From NCBI GenBank assembly GCA_964057225.1, contig OZ059898.1, positions 4,092,001 to 4,156,000 on the forward strand: 64,000 nt of DNA, in the 5' to 3' direction. The notes beneath the pieces were generated by a model that did not search any database, had not been told where the DNA came from, and saw only the letters and a program-made list of their open reading frames with translations. The translations under genes and the position numbers were made by a program. Numbering within the stretch: the stretch's first letter is position 1; each line of letters begins with the position of its first letter. The DNA comes from Auanema rhodensis. Its lineage: Eukaryota; Animalia; Nematoda. Shown here one piece after another: positions 1-16,573 of this stretch.

Positions 1-3000
1 GTGGTCATAAAGAGGGGTTGTCTCCTCATTCACTGCAGTTTGGTGTCCTGATTTTTGGATATTGTATTCTGTTTTGTGATACTAAATGCTATATTGATTA
101 ATATAATATGTCAACTATTAGTCAGTAGTTCATTATTAAGTTTTGTTTCAAATTTACGTTACATACCTTACACAGATTTACTAGTTCGATCCTTTGTAAT
201 AGTTCGATAACTGTTCTATGTAGAATTATCATATTTCAATTGAATTGAATTGAACTTTAATTTTAAAATTGTGATGCGGAGAGAAAATAAAAATATCATA
301 ACAGTACATATGTTCATAAACTTCTCTCTTCTGTATAAGTATTGTCAATATCCTGCTCCGGTCTTTCTAGTTATGCTAAATAGAATTAGTCATCATGAAA
401 TGCCGATATATGTGTATACATCATAATCGATATAATTCTCATTTTTTCATTATAATTGAAATAATTTATCCTTTTTCTTAATCTCCTTCATACTATTTCT
501 ACTTGTCATATCATAGCAGTGACAATCTGACTGATTTTCTTCTCCTGCTGTGATTTAGGGAAGGCGGGATCTGAAATATTCGTCTAACACCTGCTCAGAG
601 AATTTCTTTGTATTATATGGTTAGAAGATTTACTTGTAAATAATTTTATTGGTTTAAGATTTTTCTTAGACAAGGATTATGTTACTCAGTTTTATTAATT
701 TAATTCTATTCAAGTTTTAATCGACCAAACCTTTTTGTTGAGTTCCTTATAACAATGTTCTATAAGCAAGTTCTGTTAAATTGTTCCATGCCTTTCATGA
801 AAAAACTTGTGTCAATATCATGAGAACCGTTTTTCAGAGCTCTATACAGCTGATGTATAGCGGCATGATGATATTTCAGAATGACATGCTTTATATTCCC
901 ATTTTACTTACGTACTTACACTTCTCTTCACTTGTTAAATATTCCAATAGCCTATTTAACATCAGTCATGTCATTAATTTCACCATAAACACGTAATTCT
1001 ACCTCGGTTCAACTGTTTTTCTTATTCTTTTAAATTCTTTTTCTTTTCTTTTTTTTTCCTAGAAGACATTCATATCAGGCATGTAATGCATTATTCTTAT
1101 TTATTTCTTGTATTTCTTTTCTCTCTACACTCTTATACATATATGTACATATTCCACTAGTACTTGAGGTTTATACCATTTTTGCTTTTCGATTGATCAT
1201 CTCTAGTTGACCGGAACGCATTATCGCCATTTGTGGTTTTCGTCAACTAGCAAACTGAACAACATGAAAGGCTTTGTATCAATACAGATCTATCTTTAAT
1301 TCCAATGCTTTGAGCATTTTTCAACTTGTCAACTATTTATACTATTTCAATTCAGTTTGTCATACAAGAAATACTAAATAATATAAATTCGATTTGTAAA
1401 GTATTTTAAGTTCTTTTTGTTTAAATGTCTGAACATAATATAGTTAATACTATTTCTTTAGCTTTAACACAAACAGAGTTTTGAGTTTACTTGAAATGAA
1501 CGAATTCTCAATACTTTGATTGTGATACTGTTCAATCGTCAAGTTCAATATAATTTTGAATAAAGTATATAAAATTAAAAAATCATATATTATATTTTAA
1601 CTAAATATTATATATTTGGTTAATATATATATGCTCATTTACATACAAACCGTTTCAAATATTTTAAAGTGAAAATTAGCATAACGTTCACGTTCACGTG
1701 AAATATAAAAAATGTTTGTATCTCATTGTACAAAAATGGTTTGGCTTAACCGGTGGTGATGCAATCGAAATTTTAATGTGAGTTCTTTTAGTCTTTTTTT
1801 CCATATAAGCGTCTGATCCTTGTTTCGCATATCGCTTAAGTTTCTCGTTTTTTTTTCAAATTGTGGAAAAAAGTCGGTTTTATTCTGTTTAAGCTACTTT
1901 AAGCATGTACACCCCTTTCGCACTCTAGAGTTGTTCCTGGTTTCTTGTTTAGTTTTAAATATTTCTAATATTTTATTTTTTATAAAAAAAAAACAAAATA
2001 TTTGTTCTTATTAGATTGACAAATTCTTATATTTTTCTTTCTTATACTAATTGTTCTTATTCACGCTTTCTAGTGGATTGCTTCTCATCATGTTCTAAAT
2101 ATTGCTGGAAATGTTTGCTCAACAGAATTGTTTCTAGTTTTTAACCACTTACAATAGCAACATTCTTCTTCTTCTTACTAATTTTGTACTAATCAATCAT
2201 TCAATTATATTATAATAGTTTTTATATGAAACTACATATATGTATATATGTAGATACATAACTATTATTATAAAAAGTTAGTTTATTCTCTATTATCAAA
2301 TCGAAATAAACTCTTACCTATTCATATGATATTCATTTTTGAAGAATTATCTTTTAAATTCAGTATACTCAGCAGTTATTATTTCATTATTATCACTGAA
2401 AAAATAATGAATTAACGAAATAAGCCGAACAGTGTCCTCATCTTCATCTTCTTCTTCTGCTGGACTTTATTTGTTTTCCATGTGTTGGTTGGTAATCTGC
2501 AAATATTTCAGCCAGCCATCGTCGCCGTTAACCCCTTCTACCTTCCACTTTCACTCAATCTAAACTTTTGTTTCTCTTTTGTCTGTCTCTTAATTTTTTC
2601 ATATCTATCATTTCCATATATTTTGTTGATTCTTTAAGAAATAATTTTGGATCGATTTCTCAGCGTAAATGTCTAGACTGACTATTCGTGTTGAGACAAA
2701 AATTACACATTTCCTTGCATTGAAAAAATTCATGTGGTTTATGGCATTTATTGCTTATTTTCATAAATTTCTATAAATTCAAGGAAATTAGCTTTTTGTA
2801 AAACAATTCCCTTGGGGGAGGGAGAGGTGCATCTTGCTACTGTAAACGATTTAGCTCGTTTTTATATTTATCCTTCCATTTCTTATATTTTATATGCTAT
2901 GCTTGTGCATATGTTATATTCAGTATAGATACTATATATGTATATATGTATCTTCTTGTAAGTAATATTATATTGATCATTGCAAAATTTATTATCAATA

Positions 3001-6000
3001 ATGATATTATTTCATACTGAATGTTTAACAACATGAGAGCGAGGTTGTGAAGATCAAGACCGAGAAGAAAATCGGCTGTTAGTCTAGCAATTTTAGGAAG
3101 CATTTTGCATATTAATTGATGTTGATGGTTCAGGAACTTGCAGCTTTCCGGTCGATAGCCATAAGTGGCCAACCAATAGAGTTGACAACGAATAAGTATC
3201 CTTTGACATACCTATTTCTAACTATTTTGAACAAAAAACTCCAAATTATGGTGCTATCCTATTTTTTGTTAATTCAAAAACAACTAACAACGAGATATAG
3301 TATACTTTTTCATTAATGCGACATTTTCTATAAAAAATTTTGAAATATAAACACGTTTAAACTTTGAAATTCTAATTATTCCGTTTTGACTGAGATCTCA
3401 GGAATGTTGTTTGAGATTGTTTAAACAGTTTTTCTCGATTTGTTTCTTATTTAGCTTAGCTAGTTGTTCTTATATTTGTATAGAGAATCTAATATAAGGT
3501 CATAATTGTATATCTAATTCATTTATTAGATAACATTTTTTATTAAAATTGAAACAATAAATTAAAATTGTTATCAATTTCATTATTGATATTCTCTATT
3601 TTTCTATTGATAAATTGAACTAAATCTTATGCATATTATATATTTTAACTGTTGATGAATCTTCCATCTTGTCTGTGCAATAACTTGATGAAAGTATGCG
3701 AGGTGCTAATATTGACGCTGTACTCAAAGAAACTCTTCTTTTATCTTCTTTTCTTTATACATACATACATATATGCATCTGTTTTTCTTGTGACTTTAGT
3801 AGTCTTATTCAATTTTCAATATTCTTTTATACTAAACATTTCTTCATTCATATATTAAAGAACAATAGTATTATTCAAAATATAGCTTATAATATATTAT
3901 TAAAAAAGTTGAATAACAACAAACATTTTTTGATTACATCTCTCTGTCATATTTGAGCACGTTTTCTAATTTTCCATTTTCATTTTTTACTTTTTTTGTT
4001 CTCATAGCTAATAATTTCTATGCACTTTACTTAGCCATCGGAACATACATATATAAGATTAGGTTACTCTGTTAATCTCAAATTTCCAATGATGATTATT
4101 CTATTTTTTTCCTATTTCATATATTTATAACATTCTTTATATCCGTTTATGTATGTGCATACTTTTATTGGATAGTATTATCTGTCAATATAAGTGGCCA
4201 TCATACTGTTTTAATATTTACGATGGCAAACGATGAAATTCTTATCAAATAAGCATAAGTTCTTGAAATAAAATATAATTTTTTAAAGTTATTTGATGAA
4301 ACGTTGAATGATTAACTATATATTATTCCATTTTTAACATATTTCTAGTTAATTGGCAAATTATGCTATCATCATTCATATCTTCAATAATATATTCATA
4401 TATACTGAATAGAGACTAGATAGATAAGTTTATTCTTCTCTTAATCATTTATCTTCTTTTCAATTCTCTGAATCCTTGTCTTTCACTATCACCATCGTTT
4501 TGCTCATCTATTCATTTCTTACCTCTTTGTCTCTTCTGCTCTTTTAGCTCTTTGCCTCCAGTCTTGATTTTCGTGTCGACACACTTCACTCATACGGTTG
4601 CTGGGCTGATTGCAGAAAGAAATGAAGAGCTCCAGGAATCTGGCTCTGAGATACTGTTAGCTTCTTTACGTTATCATCCACCTCATTCTCTTTCTACTCC
4701 TTCTCTTGTTTTCTCTTAAATCCTCCTTGGTATTTTTCTATCTGGTATTCCTAAAGTTTAACAGTGGAAAGCTTCCACTTATTTTCAAAGTTTTTTTCTA
4801 CAACATTTTTTATTTTGTTATCATTTTCTTCACTTATTATGATCTTGTAATGTTTTTTCTGTTTATTATGTGGTGATTTCATTTTTTCATGTTTCATCTC
4901 TTGTTTTTTTGCTTATTTTTATTTGTATTAGTAATTAAATTTCGGAGATTCATGTAATATTAGGTAAAATTAAAATTTTATTTAAATTGGACTGAAATTA
5001 CCTTTATTAACACTTTTGAATATCTTCTCTAAGATATTTTGTTATGTAAATACATAGACATAACGAATAATCTCAGAAGTACATACATATCTTTCATATT
5101 TTATTATAATCACTTGTTGCTTGTTTAGTTCAATTATATGATTTTACATTTAAGGATAAACTTTAAATTATAATTTTATTACATAGATAGGATGGGAAAG
5201 TTAAAGATGTGCAAATGATTAACTTTATTGTCTTCTCTTTATCTATCCTTGTTTTCATATTTAATTTGTTAATTTCATTTTCTTTAATATCAACATAGTG
5301 TTAAACGATCCAAAGAGATCAACTGCTGCTTATAACTAATTTGTTTGCATTCTTCACAGTCCTACTTAAGATAAAGACGAAAAAAGTTGACTTCTTTTCT
5401 AGACTTGCGACTATTTTTCGTTTTCTCAAGCGTTGTTTAAGACATTTCTTCTTCGACTTTTTTAATTCTTATTATTGAGTTGACCACAAATCAGAAAAAA
5501 AATCCCAAATATATAAGTTTGTGCTTATCCTTTCCAGCTCTTTATGCTATATACAATATTTTTTTTTATATTTACAGTTTCATTTATAGTTTTGAATTAA
5601 CTATTCAGATTAGCAATAATATAATTTTTTTTATTAATTGGTCAATGTCTTGTGATATTCATTGATTATTATGACCGGAAACTAATTATGAGACATACAT
5701 TTTTGTTCCTTCGTTATCACATATATCATGTATTATAAATTCTATACAAATAATCTATTTTAACTATTAATAATCTTTTATTCTTATATCATAAGCTTAG
5801 TTATTCTCATTGAACTTTTTATGATGATATATTTAAATATAAAGATGCTTAGATTCAAAGAATGAAAAATTCTTCCTCTCGCATTCTTCTATTTTTTGGT
5901 TATAAATGATAATATTCTCATCATTTTACAATTTCCTTTTTTTTCTTTTTCATTCATTTGATATATCATAGTCTATCAATTTGTGAAATACATCTTTTGC

Positions 6001-6324
6001 GTCTGAATAATACAGAATATTGTATATTCTTCCAATTTGATTTGTTATTTCTCATCGTCTTAAGCCTTAACTTACTATATTACTATTTATGATCTCTAGT
6101 CTTCAGTACCTATATCGAACTATGTATAGATCACCTCCATTGATTCAATTTTTTTTGATGTTCTGTTCATGATGTTCTCTCACCCGTTTTTCTTGATTGA
6201 TATTTATTTCAAATACTCATAAAGAAGACTGGAAATATTCTTTCTTAATTTCATTTTTTTCGCTCTATACTTTTCTTTAATTCTTGTATTTAATCAAAAT
6301 TTTTTTAGTCGATGGATATTGAAA

Positions 6325-9300
6325 ATGGAACGTTTTAGTTATCAATATCCAAGAAATAATCGACTATCTGCTCTGCATAAGAGTCCATCCATGGTTCCAA
6401 TGAAGGTACGCTAACTTTTATAATATTTATAAATAACAATTTATTTTTCTTTTATACAGTTATTTGTAATTGAATGTTTCACTCTTCTTTTTAACTTTTT
6501 AAAATTTCTATTTAATGTAAATCTTAACATTACGAATCTTGATAAGGAATATTAAACATTTATTATCATTAACTTTCGAAAGATTTCTATTAACTTATTT
6601 GTGGTCTGTTTGTTCTTCTTTAATTGAATAAGATAGGCGATAGAGACATGATGTTTTCTATGACTTATGTCGGCTTTTAGAGAAATAAAAGGCCTAACAG
6701 ATAAGGGATTAGATACAGTCATGTAGGAGATAAAGAAAAGAAAACTAGTAATATCTATTTTACTCTTCATTGTTTTCTATGTGTTTTGTTTCAACCACAA
6801 ATGATAATGTGAATGCTTATATCTGATTGGTGGACAATTGAACCAATAAGAGATCGGTAAATACATTTGCTAATTGAGCAATTACTATAGTTGTTTCATA
6901 TGAAATACCTTTTTTTCTTTTCCTTTTCATTATCTTCAACATTTTTTTTTAATTTCATTATCATTTTATCTTTCTCATTGTTTTTTCTATAATGTTTTAT
7001 GAAGAAAATGAAAAAGAAATGGCGAAAAATTTAATTGCTATTGAAACATGACAGCCGTAGAAATAAGCATATCAAATACCCATCTTTTTCCATCATCATT
7101 GATCTTTTTTTAGACGTCCTGTTCGCGCATGTCGTCTTCCTTCGAAGGATACCGGCAGATTTCTCTCAAATTTCTCTCATATAGCGCTACACTCAGTTTT
7201 TTTTGTTTCAATTTCTCATTTTATGCAAATATTCTGAGTTTTTTGTTATTAATTCTTTTTATTTATTCACCCCGTTGAATAAAAAACACATAATTTGTAT
7301 GACACATGATCTTCATGTACAGAAATTCATCAAGTTGTCAGTTTGAGACAATTCAAAAACAATTTTTATACTATTATGATGATATTTTTTTGCATAATCT
7401 TAACATCTTAATCATTAATATCATAATACTCTGACTTGAAATCTATATATAATCTTTCATTTTCAATTAAATTTGTTATATCATTTCTAACTATATACTA
7501 TATAAATTATATAATCATAATATACTAACTTATATAAGATATTTTTATATTATGATTGAATAGTTTAAGTTTTTATTCAAATTTCCATCATTATTCATCA
7601 TGTTTTGTATATTTCAATGTAAAATTTATCAGTGTAAGAATAGTTTTTTTCTAAACTGATGATGAACTTCACTGAAAAAATTTTTTTTATTCAAAAAAAT
7701 TTCTATTTCTATTTGAGTATGTACATATATTGATCTATAGATTTTTTAGTCTTTTCAACCATTTCTTGTCTTTCTTCTAATTATTTTGTGTTTCCTCCCA
7801 CATTATTGGCGCCAATTTATCTGTCGTCGTCCTCTATCATCGTCTTCGTCGTGGCTACTGACATATTCCGTAGACGGTGGCCAGTTAACGCTGTCCGTTA
7901 AACCCACAATACTGCAACATAGGCTGGTCTGCTAACATATTGTGTCTCAAACTAACTATTTGTTACTCTTATGATGACTCGTAGCATCAAAAGGGTTTAA
8001 GCATAAAGCTGATTATCATTGTCTTTGTCTTGTTTCCTTTTTTGGCTTTCTTTGTCAGTTCTATGCGAAACTCGAAAAAAAAGTCTTTTAGACATTAATT
8101 TCTTAACCTATTAATGAATGTCGAAGACCCTAACTAATGTTGTTCAAGAAAATTCACGAATACGTTCAATTATATCTTGAGGAAAAGATTTGTTCAACAA
8201 ATTGAGAATAACTAGCTTCATCTCTTTTATTTTTCTAATTTTTCATTTTATATATCAACTGTATGTTGTCGAAAACATGAATTTATGTCTTTTCGTTTTT
8301 ATCAAAACACTTTTCGGCGGGTCACTGAAGATAAGTAATATTGTATTTTTTATATTATTTAGAAGAAATGTTGTTAATATACTATATGCATAATATATTT
8401 TAGTATTATATAATGTTATGTTAATCATTACTGATGGCTTATTCGAGGAAATATTTATATATATATATATATATACATAATATTTATTATTATATTCAAA
8501 ACATTCTTGATTATTCCTTATATGTATCTAAGCTTTCTTTTTCTTAGTTGTTGACTTCTTTATCAGAAACATGGATGGTCATCAGTTAGATTTTTGTTTA
8601 GTGTATTGGCTCATCGTTTTAGACTAATATGGACTCTTACACTGATCATTCTAGTAAACCCCTCAGGGCATGTTTTTCTGACCATAGACGTCAAAAACGT
8701 CGAAAGTTAGTTTGGCTATCCATTAGTGCTGTTCTGCCAACGAAGAAGAAATATCGAAGTTAATACAGAGAGTGAGAGAGATAATGTAGAAATAGAGGGG
8801 AAATAGAATTCTTATAAGAACTGAACCAAAACTGATTCCACACTACTCCAATATGAGTCATGTTTCATTTGGTTTCAAATCTGATATTTGACATTTTATT
8901 TTAAAATTCAGATTTATTATACCAACTCTCAATACCAACATCAGGATCTTTGAATGATCTTGCTTGATCACATCTGGAAGCTATATAGCTATAGATGACA
9001 AGCTTTATTCTTTAAAGTAAATATTTTCATCCATTCTCTATTTCTTTTCTTTTTTTTCTAATCCCAAGTTAATTTTTTTATTGAAACTTGTGATGATGAT
9101 CATCTAATCAAGCGTCTTTTCAATATGATTTATACATATGGTATTTGAGTTGTATGCAATAGTTACAACTGAAATTTAGTGATTATTTATTCAGCTGAAT
9201 ATGATTCATCGAAGCTCTGCAAATTTGGAATATTTTCATTGAACGGATATACTTTCTATTCGAAACTTCAATTTTTAAAATATATAAACATACAAATGAT

Positions 9301-12300
9301 AAAATAATATATAATATATTCGTTATATCTATATTATATATTTTTTTTGAAGTTTTAGCGTTTTATTAGCGTCAAAGTCATTCTTAAGACATCTCATCTT
9401 CATCAATTAATATCTAATTCTGTCTTGGATTGCCGCCTACATTTTCTGTTTTTCTTTTCTATCCAGATGTTTCTATATCAAAAGGGTTTGACCAATTTTC
9501 ATTCTGTTCCTTCCAATCTTTCCATAAAATCCTCAATTCATTCATTTCTTTTCAAGTTTTAAAGGATGTTCACACTAAATGAATGTGAATTTTTTGTATT
9601 TTTTTTAACCGTCGCTTCGATGAATATCATTTTCAGCTTTTTTTTGTATTTTTCCTTTTTTCTGTCTTACTAAATCATTTCTTTCATATTTATGAACATC
9701 ATGAATGGGGCAGTTTTTGTTGCCTAAAAGCTTACTGTTTCGTGGAAACATGCTTCATATCGCAGCATAATACACAAATTCTTTCTGACATTTTTCTGTC
9801 TGTAGCTGTTCTTTTTGCGTCTCGTCTTCTCTATTGCCTTTGGTTTTATATATCAGTATCCAATGTTTTATATCTGTTTCTTGGTTAATAGAAAATCACA
9901 CCTGTTTTTAAAGTTTTTAACTAAATAAAATTATATTTTATACTAAGCCTAATATATTTTTGTTCTTTTTCAGGGCAATCTAACTAAAAGCCTTCACGAA
10001 TTGCGGGCTTTTGAGGACTCGTTCGCAAACGAACACGATAATATTAGGTAATATTTCTTTCATTTAAATTATAAAATTAAAAAATATTATAGAACTTTTG
10101 AAAATTGTGAATATTATTTACCGAATAAACCATTATCCACATTCAACTTAGTTTCTAATAAAAAGCTAGACGAGCCTAATATTCTTCCAGTTGAATCTTC
10201 AGGTATTTCCATTTTTAATTTTTTTTCTTTTCATATCATTTTTCTCAACATTAAAGATTAATAGATCTTTTCTAAAATGTATCGTTCTGTGAATGTGTAT
10301 GAATGCCTTTTTCAAAATTTTGGTTTTCGCTCATACTTTAGTTTAATGTTTTCTTTATATAACAATGTAACATTTATGCTATTTGTATCAATTTACATGA
10401 TCACGCGGCTTAGCTATGCAATAATCAACAGTATTACTATATTTTTTTCTAATCTATATTTTAATTTATTTATTCAAAATTTTGAAATAAGCCAATGAAA
10501 TCATTATGAATATTATAGTCAAATGATATGGCTATTTCTTTGATATAAACAATTATTTACTTTAAGATTAATTTTACGTTGTTGTCTAAGTTCGCATAAA
10601 TTCGTATGATTCGGTAGCAGCACACACAGACAGACAGATACACACATGTATGTATATGTAGTCTGTATGTAAGTAGTTCTAAAAGGTGTGCACAAGAGAG
10701 AAATATATAAGAATATTGAAAATGAACTAATGTTTCAACATAATTATGATTTATGTTAATGATGTTGTTCAAACTAATGCTGCATAAAAGAATTCGCTGT
10801 ATTCATTTTTTTTTCAAACTTGAATTATCTATTTTCCGTTGTGAAATTTCAAGATAAATTTGTTTATTGTTACAGATGATCGTCCTGTATTGAGACGTAA
10901 GAGATTCACACGCAGACAAAGAAAATCTGTAACAATTGAGCCTGAGACTGGCTTGATTCTGGCTACTGGTCCACCATCCTCAAGTGAAGAAGAAGAGGAG
11001 GCTCTTCGCTCTTTTCGCAAAAAATCAGTTAGTTTTATACAATTATTAAAATCATTTTAGAATCTATTTTTTTTTCAATTTCTCTTTTTATATTTAGTTG
11101 AAACTCAACTTTTATTCTAAAAACACTTTTCTATTTTATTCTGAACATCTATTTTGTTTGGATGCGACTGATTCATTTTTCTAACTTCCAAAAGTTAAAG
11201 GTTTTCTCAAATAACCGCTCTGATTCATCCTCCCATTCGGAACTTTTTTCTTCTATATTTTACTTTTTTCCTATTCGATATTAGTATTTGACGATAACAG
11301 CTTATACATTTTCGTTTTTTATCTCAATTTTTTTCTTTTAGAAATAACTTAAGCAAATCAAAATATTACTTTTAAAAAAAGATATATTGTTTTCATATTA
11401 TAACTATTCGAATCACTTTCAAAGCTTATAATATATATGTATGTTGAAAAATTGACAGACAATCAAGATAAGATGATAAGATAGTTTGAATAAAAAGTTG
11501 TCTAAAATTATAATAAGATTAATTCCTGTAATATAACATTATGATTATCACTACTTTATTGATTTTTTTGATTTTTTTCCAATTTCATTGCTTTTTATGA
11601 TATTAGATACATATATATGTACGTTACTATATATCTTGTTAGAATCAACTTATGTGTACAAACATATGTTCATACACAGAACATCTAACAGTAACTTACA
11701 GTTCTTATCATTCCTTTTAATATTGCGAACATAGTCCGAATACTTCTTCATCAACTATCATCCAATTCTTCTTATCGTTCAATCAGTTTTATCTTCTTTT
11801 TTTTTTACTTCTTCCCACTTTTGCCTCTCTTATTTGTTTTTCTTTCAATTGCCGTTTCTTTTTAATTCTTTAAGCTTAATACTAAGTTTCATTTCTTGCT
11901 GCTATCATGTTGATAATTGCTAGTAGCTAGTATACACTGATTTCAAGTTTAAAATTTATTTTCATTCATGTACTTTAATTTATTTTTATTATTTCAGCCA
12001 CTACGACATTATCCTTCTAAAATTTTATCAGCTTCAACTGCTGAGCTTACTAATTTCAACAAAAGTAGTTGCTGTAAAGGCGTAACATCTTTTGAAAGTT
12101 CATCTGTTAACAAATTAATTCCAAGAGGTGAGGTTTTTTCTTCATCTATTCATCATCAAAATAATTTTATTGTTGATACTCATTCACATTTCGGACATTG
12201 TATTTGATTTTTATTTGTTGTTTTAAGGACCATCTGCAAGACGAGCTGGACGTCGTCTAGGAAAACATCAATTCAAAAACGCTGTTTCAACAAATAATTT

Positions 12301-15034
12301 AGATCAGATAGGGGAGTGTCAATTTCAATTAAAGTAAGATCATCTTCGTATTATTGTAATAGAGAGAGTTTTCTTTGTTAAAGATCTGAAAAGAGATCAA
12401 TGAGTGTTCGCGATCTCAATGGAGAAGAATGTGATTTTTCCAATCAGGATTCTGTAACGAAGTATAATAATTGGAAAGATTTTATGAATTAATGAGTATT
12501 TTTCAGATGGACTTCACAAATTTTGGCAGAGTTAGATTCTTTACCATCAAGTTGTATTGATTTAACAAAAGAATCACTTGATTCACAATCAAATGTCCAA
12601 TCAAAGAAATGGTCAACGGTATGTTTAATATTTGAGAGTCTTAATTGCTTCATTCTATTTTTTTTATTTGATTGTATCTATTTTATCTTAGCATTTTTTA
12701 CTATTATTTCAAACATTTCAGCTTCAATCTCCAACAGCTCCACCTCCTATTCCTCCGCATCTACTCTTGAATGCTCGTATGACACAGTCCACGTTCATGC
12801 CGTTAGGTGACGAATCATCTACAGCTTGGCATGAACCAGGCATGACAGCTTCCGTTCATTGTGACTGGAAACCAACATTTCGACGTCTGTCAACCATATC
12901 TAGTGCTTCTATGCTTCCAACTGTCACCGATGAACCTAGCTTGAAAGGTTGGAGTAGTCATGCATCCGTCAATTCAACGCCAGATATGCATTCAATCAAA
13001 CAACAAGCATTACCGCCTGGGATGAGCACAAGATCGTTCAGTGAAGATTCTGAGGATTGCCGGAGAGACGTAGAGGTTATTAATACAATAACTTCAAACC
13101 TAATTATTATATGTTTAAGGATTATACATCAACATTAGTTGGATCTTCAACTGATTCAGATACTGGAACTCCATTAGCTCTATCTCCAATACCATTAGAT
13201 GATGTATGTCTTACATATGTGCAATATTCTTATTTTTATTTTATTTTTAGATTCCTTTACTTATGTCAGAAAAAGTTTCAACAACACCCGAAAGTTCATC
13301 ATCTCCAGAAAGACGATCTATAGGTGTCCAAGGTCCTGAGACTCCACTTTTCTGTTCACAAATGACTGATCTCGACAGTCCAATGGTTAGAATTTTCAAA
13401 GAAATTGATAGTAAATTTGTTTTTTTTTTTTAGGGAAAAACTCATTTTGCTCCATTACAAATAATACTTTCTGATGAAGCAACTAACCAAAAGCATATTT
13501 TATCTACTTGTAGCATACCATCACCAGCAAAACGAACAACTATATCAACTAATACGAAAAATGAAGTTATTGATGAGATGTGTAGTGATGAACATCCTGA
13601 TCAATCATTTCAACAGGTAATATTATTTCTTATAATTTATATATGTTTAAGTATATATATATATAATATTATAGGATAAAAAACCTGCAATTCGAATGAG
13701 ACAACAAGAAAATATAATTTTTGAAGGAGAATCATCATTACTTGAAAGTATTGAACGTTTAAGTAAATCAACATTAGAAAAGGTTTTTCTTTTTTCTAAA
13801 CTATTTTTATTTTTTTTCTCTCAGAATGGTTCACGTTTAAGTCAATTGTCAACAGTTTCACGTACAGATGATGAACGTTATGCTAGTGAAGAAACTTTAA
13901 GCAAATGGAAAAAAAGAGTTAGTTCTATTAATTTTTCTTAAAAATTGTGGTAAGTATTTCATAAAATTTTTGACTCTTATTGGTCACACTACCCTCTCCT
14001 TTTTTTTTAAATTTGACGTGCTTGTGTGAATTTTTTTAATAAGTTTTCTGCGTAAAAAGTTCTTAGCAGGAGGCATAAGCCCGATAAGAGCCATATTTTT
14101 ATTTATTTCCTTAGTAATATTCAATCTTTAATAATTTTGCACATCACTTATCTATAGTGCTCATAAAATTCAAAGTATTCCTATAATCTATACAATAATC
14201 TTAATAATTTTTAGTTTATATTTAATATATAAAGTTTATATTAATTTATTCATTATATAGATATATAGATATTTCCATGTGTAAATTATATAACAATGAA
14301 GAAGCATACATATGTTTGCTCACTTCTTCTTTTTCGTTTCTCATCTTGTGACCATATGAGGCTATTATGCAAATGTAATCGTTCTTCAATAGGACCTTTG
14401 ATTGTGAATGTTGTCCGTTGGGTTTCTTACATGCAACTCGTAGCGTTTCGGCTAGGTTCCGTTTGAATTTTCTTTAGACTTCAATTACTCTTTATAATCT
14501 TTCTTATAACTTAATATTTAACGTTATACAAAACATTTACTGTTATATACTATTTTTTAAGTTTTATCGATTGAAAATATTTTTTTCTTACTTGAATTAC
14601 AGTTTAGAAAACTAGCACCCATTACAATCATTATACTATACATGCAATGTGGTTGCTGAAGAATATTCTATTATTGTGATTTATCTATTTTCTTTTCCAA
14701 TACTATTCATTCTAATTATTAGAAAATATATTATTTCATAATAATATCTGTCATATTTATAGTTATCATCATTTTAATTATCATGTTTTTTTTAACGGCA
14801 TGATTCACTATTTCACTAAAATGTTATAACAACTTCACTAGATTTAGTTGAAATTTTAATTTTAAAAATTTATTTATTTGGAAATTAAAATGCATCTAAT
14901 AGGCAGACAGACTGATAAATGTACTCAGTAGTGACACGATGCTAGTATGTTGTTCATTTTAGGTCTCCCTTCTTCTTTTATGTTGTGTGATAATCTCTTA
15001 TATCTCAATATTGATTTAATGTTCTCTCTCTTTC

Positions 15035-15078
<44 letters not shown>

Positions 15079-16536
15079 TTTATTTTCTTTCTCTCATACT
15101 TACTTACTTGCTCTTACTCTATATCTTCTCTTCATCTCTTCTCTATTATTTTGTTCACAATTACAAAATCCTTCTGTGCAATCATATGATGTTGCTCATG
15201 TCAAGATTTGTTTTCAAATACATGATTACGCTGCCACATACCCAAATGAAACACTCTATAACAGTTATAAGTACTTGTGAATACTATAAATGGGAGATGA
15301 ATCATCAGCAAAGTACCTCACAGAATATCTCCTTCAGTACAAAGAGTAATGAAGTGAATGCATAAAGACATATGTGACATATGCTGTTGTTGAAGAACAC
15401 ATCTTTCCTGAACTCTCCCTCTTCGCAACCCCATCATCTCTCACCTCTTTTCTTCTCGTTTACTATCATTTTATTCCTAATAGATAGATATGTATTATAT
15501 ATTACTAGTTCTTTTTTTTTATTTTATCATATTTTCATCAGATTTATCAAAATTTTGCTAATAAGTTCCATGAAGTACTCATTACATTCTCATTCAAACG
15601 ATTTATATTTTCTGACTCCTTGACTTTTCTTTCATTCAATTAGTGTACTAGTTGTTTTTCAGAACAACTAACAAAAAACTCCTGTTTTTTTTTTACTTTT
15701 TGGTCCTCCTATGTACTGACGAAAGGTTAATTATTCTCTTTGAATGTTCTAAATCCTAATATGTAAATCTTTTAATCCGTTTTTCTTTTATGACAATTTG
15801 ACTAAAATTCATTAAGATATATATATAAATTAGGTAAATTATTCTTAATGAAAGTTAATGAGAAGATGTTGAATCTCTTATTACTTTGACGACAGTATTC
15901 AAAACATCGGAATGCTTTTTATTCAAATTAAAGTTCTTTCATTGAACTGATTAAATATAAAATAGTTTCATGGCATATTATATTTTTTTATTTCTTCATG
16001 AAAATGAAGAATATCATCTTGTTTCCGAAATAGATTGGTCATCGACCAAACGAAGGCAAACACTGTCATGCCGTTGTTTTCTTCTCGTCGTAACTGAAAA
16101 TCTTTTTTTTCTTCACATCAAATCAATCCCTCTTTTGAATCTGAAATGTTTGGGTTCAATGAAAACTCTTTTTGTAATCTTTTTGAAGTTTATTTCAATT
16201 TTCTTAATTCAACTGTCATTTCATGTTAATTTCAAGCATTTCTGCCATTTATACCAGAATTAAAATACATATTTTCTAAAAACTGACGTTGAAAGAGCAG
16301 ATGTTTCTTTTGTTGAAATTGGTATTATTGTCTTTTTGAATTATATTCTTTGCAAGTGTATTATGAACATTCCATTTAAGCCTAAAACTGTAAGCAAAAC
16401 AAACCGTTTTACCATTTTTTCATAATAGAATCAGTTTAGCTAATACTTAACGCTTAACCAGATGTTTAACTTGTGTCTTCATCATATATCAAACGTTTTC
16501 ATTGATTTTCTAAAATTCACATAAAATCAACATTAC

Positions 16537-16573
<37 letters not shown>

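Noticed and set aside
781-5665. Short ORFs from the ORF track in the first 6 kb, and similar F/I/L/Y-rich ORFs in gei-1 introns
   Set aside because: Composition reflects T-rich non-coding DNA, with no domain similarity or phase-consistent splice sites.
9943-9952. CTAAGCCTAA, a match to a TTAGGC telomerase template inside an intron
   Set aside because: It lies about 20 nt from the 3' splice site in AT-rich sequence, leaving no room for pseudoknot or H/ACA domains downstream.
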